From contig NW_021833022.1 in assembly GCF_006345805.1 (NCBI RefSeq), forward strand, positions 24,862 to 88,861: a DNA stretch of 64,000 bases, given 5' to 3'. Under the pieces are notes generated by a model. It ran no database searches, was not told where the DNA came from, and saw only the letters and a program-made list of their open reading frames with translations. The position numbers and the translations under genes were made by a program. Numbering within the stretch: position 1 is the stretch's first letter; every line of letters starts with the position of its first letter. Shown piece by piece: positions 1 through 12,789 of the stretch. The stretch is from Octopus sinensis. Taxonomy: Eukaryota.

Positions 1-1044
1 TGGTTTTGGTAGAATCGTCAAAATATTGGAATAAATGCTTTGTGGTATTTTCTCCTGAGTTCAAAGCTGAAGTGAACTTTGCCTTCCATCTTTTTGAGGG
101 TTCATAGAATAGAGTACTTCTCCAAAACTTCCAGTTTTGAGCCTATGTAAATAATAACAATGATAATAATAATAATAATACTAATTTCTTTTATTAGCAA
201 GAGGGACATAAGATGAGTGGGGACATCACAAGGACAGAATACATAAAGGAAAGGAAGGAAGAAATGGGAAAATGATTGAAATGTGATAGAAGTATACATC
301 AGTCACTCTGTGTGGCACCTTGAGCAAGTGCCTTCTACTATAGCCTTGGAATGCCAACAATTCTGCCAGCTCACTGCCTTAACAATAAATAATAATAGTA
401 ATAATAATAATATTTTTAAAAGATTGACATTCCATTTTAATGTACTGCATTTCTTGGCCATATTCATCAGTGAAGATGAGAGAAAACACTTGAATTTAAA
501 ACAGGAGAAGAAAAAGTAGGATGGGAATAAAGTAGCAGAAAATGGAGTGGGGGAGCAACAGATTGTCTGTAATGCAAAGGAAAGACGAATCAATAAATAC
601 AGGGGTCTGATGGGCTGCTATCAGTTTGTGTTGGTCACTGCTGAGACCTCAGCTGTTCTCAGATCCTGCACTACTGTTTTTGTCTGCAAAATTGAGATAA
701 TGGTAGCCTGTATGAGAATGAACCCTACAAGGTGAAGTGGCTGCTGTAGCAAGTGTCACTAGCCATTCTCTGCAGCAATACCATTGTGGTCATATCTGTG
801 GGATGTAGCTGAACATGCCATTTATTCTGGGGGGTGTGGCCCATTACTTCCTCTCCCACCATCTTATATTTCTTTTTCTGTTTCTTGTTTCCTTGTAATT
901 AAATTGTAATAAATAAAGTTCACCAATATTTTAAAATTAGACACAGTATTTTTTTAGCTAGAAATCTCTCAATATGTTACTGTTGGATTATATTTAACCA
1001 AATTTAAATTCAGTTCTTTTGTATTTTAAAAATTTTCTTGCAAG

Positions 1045-1127
1045 GTTGCACCTGAGAATACTTTAGTTGCATTCCAATTAGCTGCGAACCAAAGTGTCTA
1101 TGGATTTGAGTCAGATGTACGAATAAG
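1045..1127 (+). CDS. GDPD gene A exon (VAPENTLVAFQLAANQSVYGFESDVRIS)
   Basis: ttcttgcaag acceptor, AG|gtaaat donor; 83 nt, phase 0 to 2; contains the GDPD PENT and E-x-D motifs. Not in the ORF track. Confidence 0.92.
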
Positions 1128-2634
1128 GTAAATTACATTGTTTCTTTCTACATTTTGAAATATAAATTCTGTAAGTTATTTCTCAGTTATGACCCATTGC
1201 TGATAACTAGAAATATTTGTGGTTAAATAAAATGCAGTAATAGCTATGTGGTCAAGAAGTTCACTTCTCAACCAGATGGTTGTGGGTTCAGTCCATCTGT
1301 ACAGCAATTTGGGCAAGTGTTAAGATGGCGAGACAGCAGAAACGTTAGCGTACCAGGTGAAATGCTTAGCGGTATTTTGTGTGTCTTTACATTCTGAGTT
1401 CAAATTCCAACAAGGTCGACTTGCCTTTCATCCTTTTGGGATTGATAAATTAAGTACAGTTGCATATTGGGGTCAATCTAATCAACTGCCCCTCTCTCCA
1501 ATGTTGTCTGTTGCCAATTCCCAGTAAACAAATCATTTGGCAGCTATGCTTTCAAAGACAAGTGCAATGAAAACTCCCTTTAAAAACAGGTGAGAATTAG
1601 TGACAGAAAATGATTCTCGTCACCATCCAGTTTCATTATTATCAATTTGAATTGGGAGCTTGCATCATAGTTGATTACAGAACCATGGATGTCATCCCTA
1701 TGGACACATTACAGTTACTCTCTAGATAGGAGCTTGGTGATCCTATTTCAAGAGTTATTGCTCTTCCACTACCACCACATCCAAACCATCAACTGTCTAC
1801 AAATGCATTGAAACATGCATATACAACCATTATCTATTTTTCTGTCTTTGGTTGCATTGTTTTTGTAAATGTATTTGTATACAAAGCATTGTAACTTTCA
1901 GTGGTGGCTCTGAACTCTATAGAAAATCTGTAGAGATAAGATTAAAAATGAGAACATCACACTGTTAAAACAAAAAGCAAGATATTATTGACTTGGGAAC
2001 CTTTAATATACTTGGTAGTATATTATGGCTGCAAAACAAAATACAGTGACCTTGCTAGCAATTAATATTTACACACCATTTACCAGGAATGTGTTTAATA
2101 TGTAAATTGGTCTATCCAGTAGTGTTACACAGTGTCTTCTACTATAGCCTTGGGCCAAGCAAAGTCTTGTGAGTAGATTTGATAGACAGAAGCTGAAAGA
2201 AGCCTGTCGTATATATAAGTGTGTGTGTGTGTATGTTTGTGTGTCTGTGTTTGGCTCCGTAATATTGCTTGACAACCAATGTTGGTGTGTTTACATCCCC
2301 GTAACTTAAGGGTTCAGCAAAAGAGACTAATAGAATAAGTACTAGGCTTACAAAGAATAAGTCCTAAAGTTGGTACTCCAGCATGGCCGCAGTCAAATGC
2401 CTGAAACAAATAAATGAAATAAAAGAAAAATATCCTAAACTTAGTGGGTATTTAAGCAGTTTATTTATGGATGATGAAAGGTCAATAACTCTTGAAATAT
2501 GCATCTACACTCATTACCTGTTTTTCTATCTTCAATCATATTGTTTACATACACATATTCATATACAAAACATAACTTTTAGTACTGGCTCTGAAGCTCT
2601 GAACTCTATAAATAATCTGTACAGATAAGCTTAA

Positions 2635-2675
<41 letters not shown>

Positions 2676-3114
2676 TGGGTGTGTGTGTGTGTGTGTGGTG
2701 TGTGTGTGTGTGTAAGTGAGTGACAAAGATGTACAGGTATCACCTGGTATCACTTCATTACAGCCATTTCAAGTAACTCCTTTAATTGATTAATGAAAAC
2801 ATTACATCATTTGAAAGAAACCATTCCCGTCAGATAACTGCATAGATTTCAAACATAATGGATACAAGCATTTCACATCAATAATGGAACTAAAAATATT
2901 TACATTGTTTCTTTTGACATATCTGTGGCAGAATATCAGGAGCAGATATCTTCACTTAGCTGGGTTGCATTGTATGCACATATGGCAGGAATATCAGGTA
3001 CAAGCACCCCTGCATGGAGTCTTGATATTCAATATCCAATTAATATTGTGTGTGGATTATACTGTCATAGCAAGGTGCCTATGTTTAAGTACCTAATTCA
3101 ATGGAATCTTATAT

Positions 3115-3150
<36 letters not shown>

Positions 3151-6100
3151 CTAGAGGGAAAGGGACAATATATAATATATATATATTCTGTTTTTAGAAC
3201 ATCTTGAAGCACTACATAAGAGTATAAATGCCAGCATGTAATTATTGGCTTAGAAGTTCATTTTACAACCATGATGACATGGTGGTGGAAGAACCAGACC
3301 TCCACCCATAAACAATCTAAATATCTATTATCCATACCTGTGTGTGTGTGTGTGTGTGTGTATGGTTTAGTGAAGGCAGATGGCTTAGGGATTAGGATAT
3401 TTGGCTCATGATTGTAAGGTTGTGAGTTTGGTTTCAGATGGCATGTTGTGTCCTTAAACAAAACACTTTATTTCGCATTGCTCCAGTTCACTCAGCAAAA
3501 ATGTATTGTATTTCAACGGGCCAGTTTTGCCACATTCTGTGTTACTCTTAACCTCCTTGAGAGCTACATTAAGGGAACGTGTGTCTGTAGAGTGCTCATC
3601 CACTTGGCATGTTAATTCCATGAGCAGGCTGCTCTGTTGATCAGATCAACTGGGGCCCTTGTAATCTAGTATGTGTGTGGTTAGAAGTGATAGTAAGGAA
3701 GTTTGACCACAAATAATCATACATGTGTCATATGAAATATTTTCTTTCTTACAGTTCTGATGGAATTCCATTTATTTTACATGACGATACGTTACGACGG
3801 ACAACCAATATTGAAGAAGTATATCCTGACCGAGTGGATGATGATGCTTCTATGTTTAAATTTGCTGAATTGCGAAAACTCAACGCTGGAAGTTGGTTTT
3901 TGGAGGTAAGTTATCTAAGAGTATTTAAAGTTTCTTGTATGAACTTTATTTTTTAATAAGTTTTATTTATTTCTAAAATTTTCTGAAAATATTCATAAAT
4001 ATAGAAATACAAATTTCTTATGATTATCATCATCTTGGTTTAAACATCCCCTTTTCCATGCTTGCATGGATTAGGAAGAGTTTATTGAGGCAGATTTTTA
4101 CAGCTGGATGCCTTTCCTGTCACCAATCCTGACCTGTTTCCTAGTCATTTGATGTTCTTAAAATCCTATTATATTTCTATAATTAGATATTATTAGGAAT
4201 TGTATTAAAAAAATTGCTAAAATATTTTGTTTATTGTAGAAGTATAAGCATTTTTTTGCTCATAAATTTTAACAATAAAGTCTTACATTGACCCCAGTTG
4301 AGAGCACTACTGTATGTATGTGTGTATATATGTGTGTGTGTGTATGTATGTATGTATGTATGTATGCATGTATGTATACACACACACACACATACCCTCA
4401 GTCACACACTTGTAAATGATTAAATAAACTGGTGCAGATTCTCCAAATCCAATCTGTTAATGGCACAGTGAAGATTTGTAAGACATTCTCAGATTGGAAT
4501 GTAAGACATTTGAGATTCTTTAGGAGAACAGATGCACACCTCAACCTCATATTTTCAAACACTGGAAACTCTTTTGACTAAAAAGTCTTGTTGCTTTGTT
4601 AGTAACGAGCTTGAACTCTCTTAAGAAGAAAATGAATAAGGCTCAAAGAAAAATCATATACATACACACAGTGAACAATAAAAATGAAAATGCAAGAGGA
4701 ACAAATTTTAACAAATGCAGTGTTAGCCTAATGCTTCAATGAAAAGAGAGAATGTCTTAATGTTTTGGACAATAGTCCTTCATCAGAAGAAAAGAAAGAG
4801 AAAAGCATATAGGGGAGTGAGAAAGAGACTCTGTGACTATTGTATATTTACTAGACACCTTACAACATCTACTTGTTGGTACTTTTTATTCGTTTAAACC
4901 AGTTATATGATTAAATATTGCCTGTTACGTTTTCTTTAATCATGCTAAACTTACTGAAATTTATAAATAATAATAGATATGGCTCACTTTTAGTTTTAAT
5001 ACCAACAATTTGTTATAACACAGTCAAAGCATGGTTAAAAAGCAACACTTTCCCAGATCAGCGGCTAATACTAGAGTTCAGAAAATGTGTGGGTGGTATC
5101 TTGTGTCTCTGTTATATTGAATTTTGTGACTGGAGTACTGAGACAGCTGAGTGTGTTATTTAACTTTACTTTAATCTTACTGCTAGATTTTTTCCCAGCA
5201 TATTTGCTGTCTGTTCTAAATTTATTTCATATGTTCTGCATCATTTATTGTATGATATCTTTAACTCCTTAACATTTAACTAGGCCAGATCCAGCCTCTC
5301 ACATCTACTTTACAATGTCATTCCATAGATAAGTTATCGTATTATTGAAATTTAAAAGTTGCAAAATAATGCACAATTAATTCAAATCAATGTAAATAAG
5401 CATTATATTTGACAGAATAAGGTGGTGAGCTGACAGAATCATTAGCATACTGGAAAAAAATGCTTAGCAGCATTTCTTCTGGCTTTACATTCTGAGTTCA
5501 AATTATCGTTTAGAATCTGAGTTTGTTTAGTAAAATGAGTCAACTGTGTCATTCATCCTTTTGGGGTTGATGAAATACTCATCAGTTTAGCATTGGGGTT
5601 AAGTTAATCTAGTCCTGCCCCAACAAGATTTCAGGCCTTGTACATTTAGTAGGAAGGACTATATTTGACAGAGTAATCTGAATGCTAACAGGATTAAGTA
5701 TTATCTATTTATTTTATAAACAGAAACTATTTTTAAACCTGTGTGCATGCGTGTGTGTGTGAGAGAGAGAGAGAGCGTGTGTATGTGAGCATGTGTGTGT
5801 GTGTGTTATGTGTGTGAGTATTTGTACATATATATATGTGTGGGTAGTTGTTATTTCCACTTCTTTGCATGAGATTATCTAAATTAATTAATTATAATAA
5901 TAATAACAACATTAAAATGAATAATGATATGGTGTTGTGCTTACATTAAGTCTCATAACTTTGAATTTTGGAAGTAGTGAAATATAAAAATAACATCTGT
6001 ACTTGTAATATAATTAAAGGTTGGTGACAGGAAAGGCATTCGAATATAAAATACTGTCTCAAATAAGTACATGTCTAACCTAAGCCAGTTTAGAAAACCA

Positions 6101-9100
6101 AATATAAAATAAACAACTAAACAAATGAATAATGCTTAAGCTTACTTCATGATATTCATTACATTCTCAATCTTAAATTTCTACCAGTTAATCCTTCCCA
6201 AAGCCAAGAATTTTACTAAACAGATTCATATTTTATATGATAATTTTCTTTCTCAAGTTTACTGTACTGATCCTATTTTCTTATATATATTTGTCTGCAT
6301 ATTAGGAAGATCCAATGGGTGTAGTTGGATCTCTTACTGACAAAGCAAAGGAAATCTACAATAACCAAACCATTATGTCTTTGGAAGAATTGATTGACTT
6401 AGCACACTTGACAGGAAAGAATGTTTTAATAGATATACGATCCCCAGTCAAGGAAAATCGTTATTATTATACAGTTGAGAAGCAAGTTATTGATGTGATA
6501 TCGAAAACTGGAATTCCTCTTAAACAGGTAAATTTATTTATATTAGTTTTCTTATCATTTGCATCTGTATGAAATATGCTAGTTTTGACATGTCAATTAG
6601 TTTCTGTTATTTATATGTTGATAGATGACATAGTTTCCTTCCTTGTAGGGAATGCTTTATGAACATTATTGATATCCTGGATAAAAGTTTGCACTTAAAA
6701 TTCAAAGTTCTAGCAATATTAACATATATTTTCTCGTATACAAGTTGAATTTTTCAAACCAAAAGTTACAGCCAAAAAACGATAGTCAACTTATGCTGGA
6801 CAACTTTTGAGAACCAAAAGTTCTATGTGAAATGCAGCAGGATTTGGAATGAAATGTTTACATTGTGTTTACACGATATACAACATTAACTTTTGTACTG
6901 GAAAATGATGGGCTCTCCTGCTGAAGATGATGTATGAGTGTTCAGCTTTTTTGCCAAACAACCTGCACAAATGGATTGTGTATACTGATCTAATGTATGT
7001 GTTGTACATTAGCTCACTCCCTCCAACAAATCGATGTTGCCTGAACAGGCACATGATGTATCTCGTGTCAGGTGTTGAAGTGATCACAGAACAACGCGAG
7101 ATGAAGTGTTTTGCTCAAGACAACAATGCACCACATGGTCTAAGAATTGAAACCTCAATCTCACAATCATAAATGTAACACCCTAACCAGTAGGGTATGT
7201 GCTCTCAGGCTGGAAAATACAGTAGTTAATATTGCTAAAACTTATAACATGAATCTAGAGTGTTTTCCTTTTATGACATATTCTTCAAATTATTTATCTT
7301 CATGTAAAATTTTTAGCAACTACTGTTAGTAATATACTCTCCCTAGCTTGTGATTTTGCTAATATAATAGTTTGTAGTAGAGAGGTGGTATTGTCTGTTG
7401 TCTAATGTTGTATTCATAATGTTTAATGATGTTTGGTTGGCAGTAGTTTTTTAATATTAGCTCTGACACATTTGGAAACATCAAACCAAACTTTTCTTCT
7501 AACACTTTTTAAACACAACTGCTTGTGCTACGATACGCTGTTTCAACTCTTCTATTATTGTCCCAAATCCTTTCTCTTTGACTAAGTATCCTTCCGTGAA
7601 GCAAGATTTGCATCTTGTGTTTCCTAACTTGTTTGTTTCCCAGCCTTCTATTCTATTCAAATCTTTTAAATACAATTACTACGTCTATAATTGATTTGTC
7701 CAATATGTAGTTAATATAATCCCAATTTAATGTGGTAAGTTAGCAGAATTGTTTGCATGCCAGGCAAAATGCATAGCACTATTTTGTCTGCCTTTACATT
7801 CTGTGTTCAAATTCTTCTGAGGTCAACTTTGCCTTTCATCCTTGCAAGAACAATAAAATAAGTACCAGTTGAGTTGCTGGGGGTCAATGTAATCAACTTA
7901 CCCACCTTCCCTGGAATTGCTGACCTTGTGCCAAAATTTAAAACCAATATAATCCCAACTAATTTTATGAATAACCTTTTGTCCTCTGTTTCACTTTTTA
8001 TAGATTTGGTGGTTCTCAAAAGTCTATCATTCAGCATATACCACCAATTTTACACAAACTGGGACAAGTTATCTACCAGTTGAAGATCTCGTAAAATTGC
8101 ATATCTCTAATTTCAATGCTAGGTATGATACACTTAGTGAAGATGAAATCCTGTAAGTTTTAATCTTTTTTTTTTATAGCTTTGTCAATTTATCATTATT
8201 CTTTTTCTCTATACTTATTTATCCCATGTTTCATTACTCAGTTATTCTTGCTTTTTTTTCTTCTCAAATTTCATTTTCTTGTTCATACTCTTTGAATTTA
8301 CAATTTAAGTTAATTTACCTTGAACATTCAAACAAACATTAAAAATGCCGCTGCAGTTAATGTCTATGTTGTATATACTTTGAATTCTTTACCAATTTGA
8401 TTCTGGTATTTACCTGTTATTTACACTGTTGAGAATCACAGCTGACCAAGTGAATAAACTCGTCATGTTATTGATAGCTTGATATGTTACTGGTAGTCAG
8501 TAGTGTATAGTAATTATCATCATCGTTTAACATCTGTTTTCCATGCTGGCATGGGTTGGATGGCTTGACAGGAGCTGGCCAGCCAGAGAGTTGTCCAGGC
8601 TCCAATTGTTTGTTTTGACATGGTTTCTGTGGCTGGATGCCCTTCCTAACACCAACCACATTACAGAATGTACTGGGTGCTTCCTACATGGAACCAGCAT
8701 GAGTGCATTTTATGTGGCACCAACATGAGTGCATTTTACATGGTACTGGCGCCTGCAAGTCAAGCACCTTTTGGCTGAGCAAGGGAGTGTGGGTGTGGCC
8801 CTAAAGGATATCCCTATATGTATGGATGGCTGAGATTTTACTTAGCTCGACGTGTTTTCTGAAGTACAGCGAATGCCACAAGTCTTGATCCCTTGTCATC
8901 TCCTCATTGAGGCCCAGCATCTGAAGATCCTTTCTTGCCACTTCATCTCACATCTTTTTGGGTCTATCATTTCTACAGATTTTTAGTAAAGATATTTAAT
9001 CATTTAAACTGATATATCAATGGAAAGGTTAACTCAATTGTTACCGTATTTCTGTCAAAATACACTGCTATTTTTTCAATTAATTTTGAAATAATGAAGA

Positions 9101-12100
9101 ATTTAGTAAAATAATTTTATCATTATTAAGCTGGTGTTTGGAACATAAATTAACAGAACAATTTGAAGGAATGTATAGATTTAGATCACATTAACTCTTT
9201 AACATTTCAACCAACCATATTTGACACAAATATTCTACCTGTTTTATGTTCAAACTGGCCAGATCTAGTCTCTCACATCTACCCTGTAATGTCATTCAAA
9301 CAATAAGCAATCTGAATAAATGAGCATTACATTTGAAACCTGAATACATTTGAATCTGAATGCTAATGAGTTAAACATGATAGAACTGGTGGTAGTCTCT
9401 GGTGGGTTGTTACCAAAAGGGTTAATGACAGTTGTCTCAATTCAGGGATTCATCTTTTATCTTTTATTTGTTTCAGTCATTAGACTATGGTCATACTGGG
9501 GCACCAACTTGAAGAATTTTAGTCAAGCAAATCAATCCCAGTCCTTAGTTTTTTTTTTTTGTTAAGGCTGGCACTTATCCCATTAGTCCCTTTGCCAAAC
9601 AACTAAATTATATGAGCATAAACACACAATACCAGTTGTCAAGTGTTGGTAGGGTACAAAGACAGACAGACACACACATACACACACTTATATATATGAC
9701 AAGCTTCTTTCATATCTATCTAACAAACCCACTCACAAGGCTTTGGACAGTCCAAAGACACTTGTCCAAGGTGCTACACAGTGGGACTGAACCTGGAACC
9801 ATGTGGTTGGGAAGCAAACTTCTTACTAAGTCTGCACCTGCAAAAGTTTAGTTTGGCTATTTACCTTTGTTAGCCAGTTAATGTTGATTGTAGGACCCAC
9901 TAATGTGTTATATACTATGGCATAAATCTATAGAGTTAAAACATATTTAGACTTCTCTAACTGGTGACTATTTATTTTCATTTTTATTGTTTTCAGACAA
10001 TATCTTGAATCCAACATTACTACTAATGTCTACTTGGTTAATACATACTGGCTGTTTTCCCTGTATTGGTGTCTGGGTGTACAATCTGTAACAACAGATG
10101 AATGTCACGTCCTCAATAAAATTGAAAAACCATTATGGCATTTGGTAAGTTTAAACCAATTTTTTCGAAGTTTCTGAAATTTTGTGTCTCATTTTATGTT
10201 TTGCATTTAGTTTGAAATCTCTTAGGAATCTGTTTCTCATTCTAATATGCATTAAAATTTACAGTAATTTAGTTTCTTACAATTAAGAAAAATAAGCATC
10301 TTTGATGATGATGATGATAATCATGTTACTACTGCTGTTGCCACCAACAAATGATAATAATAATCCTTTCTACTACAAGAACAAGACATGAACTTTTGGG
10401 GGAGGGGACTAGTTGATTACATTGACGCCACTGTTTCATTGGCACTTAATTTATCAACCCCGAAAAAATGAAACGCAACATCAACCTCAGCAGAATTTGA
10501 ACTCAGAACATAAGGAAGATGAAATGAGGCTAAGTATTTTGTCCATTGTGCTAACGATTCTGCCAGCTCACTGCCTTATTATTAATAATAATGATGATGA
10601 GGATTTCAAATTTTGGAACAAGGCCAGCATTTTCAGGGGAGAGGCAAGCCAATTACATCAATCACAGAGTTCAACTGGTACTTATCCTATTGATTCTGAA
10701 AGAATGAAAGCCAATGTTGACCCTGGCAGAATTTGAACTCAGAACGTAAAGATGGATGGAATACACCAAGCATTTTGTTCAAAATACTATTAATTCTGTC
10801 AGCTTGCCTTGTAGCATATAATAATATGTGTAGCTTATAGAAGATAGCAATGCTATGCACCACACACACATATTATGTGGAACACTTTCAATTATGTGTT
10901 TCAATTAATTTCTAACATAATCATAAATTTAGTCTGGTTTCATTAAACAACTATAACTTTTTTATTTATCAATATATTAACGTGAATTTTGGAAGATAAT
11001 TTAATGAAATGTTCTCAACCAATCTATACTATAATTTTTGTCACAAAGTGACTCTAATTGCAGGTAGATACAGGTAAATTCAACAAAATATAAAATTATT
11101 AAAATTTTGTTCAAACATCGCTATAGAAAATGGGTTATTAGCTAATATTCAGTTGGGTATACAATAAAATTTTACGATAGAATTTGTTATTCTGGGTAAC
11201 TTTCTGATACCCATAATAATATTTATGGCAAAATAGTCTTAATTTCACTAACTATCCTTTCTTTCATTTTGTTTACATTTAGCGTAACGGTTCGTTTCCG
11301 CCGTAATGATTTCAAATAGGCTCATTCGAAAAAGTAAAAAGAAATAGTCTAAGGCTTTACTCTTCTGGGAAAGTCTGTGGCTTGGTCCAGTTTCTTCAGA
11401 AAAATCACCGAAAGAAACAGTTTTTAAATTTTCACTCCATTCAGGTGCCAATTCATTTTCTTTATCGCTGTCGGAGCTCTCCGATTCACTGTTTTCACTT
11501 TCGGAAAATGAAACATCAGATTCATTATCAAATACCACATGCTTTTTTTTTTTCAGTCATAGAGTTAGATTTATGAAGGTCTTCAGTAGAAAATCCTTCG
11601 AATTCTGACTCACTGCTTGATATAATGAAATTCGTATCCATTTTTTGTCAGAATTACAAATTTTGAAAACACAATAGGAACAAATTTCGGAAAAAAATCT
11701 CCCAAAATTCACGGAATTAAAATTACACTTCGATTTTTGTACAAAACTGTAGTTGAACTCTTTACGAAGTATAATACGTATTTTCACGAATGTACTAAAG
11801 AGATTTGCTCTGATATTCTCATTTAAATATGAATAGGTAAATTCGGGCGGCTTTGGGCGGTTTGGTCACATTAACCAAAATTTGGTAACGAAAGGGTTAA
11901 TGTCACTGCCCAAGCAAAAAACAAAGCCAAAAAAAAAAATGGTGGACATATGACAACTACATATGCATTCTGCACTGCAAATCTATACCTGAAACATACA
12001 AGGATAATGAAACAAGCATGAAATATCGAGAAGAAAAAATACTGATATAAGGAACACAACTCACACTATACACACAATGCACAATACAAACACTAATACA

Positions 12101-12746
12101 ACGAAAGACTACAAATAATGAAACAAACTAATGCAATACAATATCAAGAAGAGGTTGCACTCCCCACAAAAAAGAACACACAATGCTACACATACCCCAG
12201 CAACATGGAGGTGTAGTAGGTGATGCAGTAGAGATTTTACCTGAAACTACCAAATGTTGAATAATAATAATAATAATTATTATTATTATTATTATTATTA
12301 ATTCTACTCTAGGCACAAGGACTTGAACATTTTTTGTGGAAGGGTGCTAGTTGATTACATTGACCCCAGTGCATAACTGGTACTTATTTCATCAACTCCA
12401 AAAGGATGAAAGGCAAAGTCAACCTCAGTGGAATTTGAATTCAGAACGTAGCGGCCGCCCAGTGTGCTAACGATTCTGCCAGTTTGCTGCCTTCTTAATA
12501 ATAATAATAATTATAATAATAATAATAATTTCTAAAATAGGTACAAGGCCTGATATTTTTGGGCAGGGGACCAGTTAATTACATCAATCTCAGTGAGTAA
12601 CTGGTACTTAATTTATCAACCCCAAAAGGATGAAAAGCAAAGTTGACCCCGGTGGCATCTGAATTCAGAACGTGATGACAAAGACGAAATACCGCTAAGC
12701 ATTTCACCCAGCATGCTAACTATTCTGCCAGCTCTCCGCATTAATG

Positions 12747-12789
<43 letters not shown>

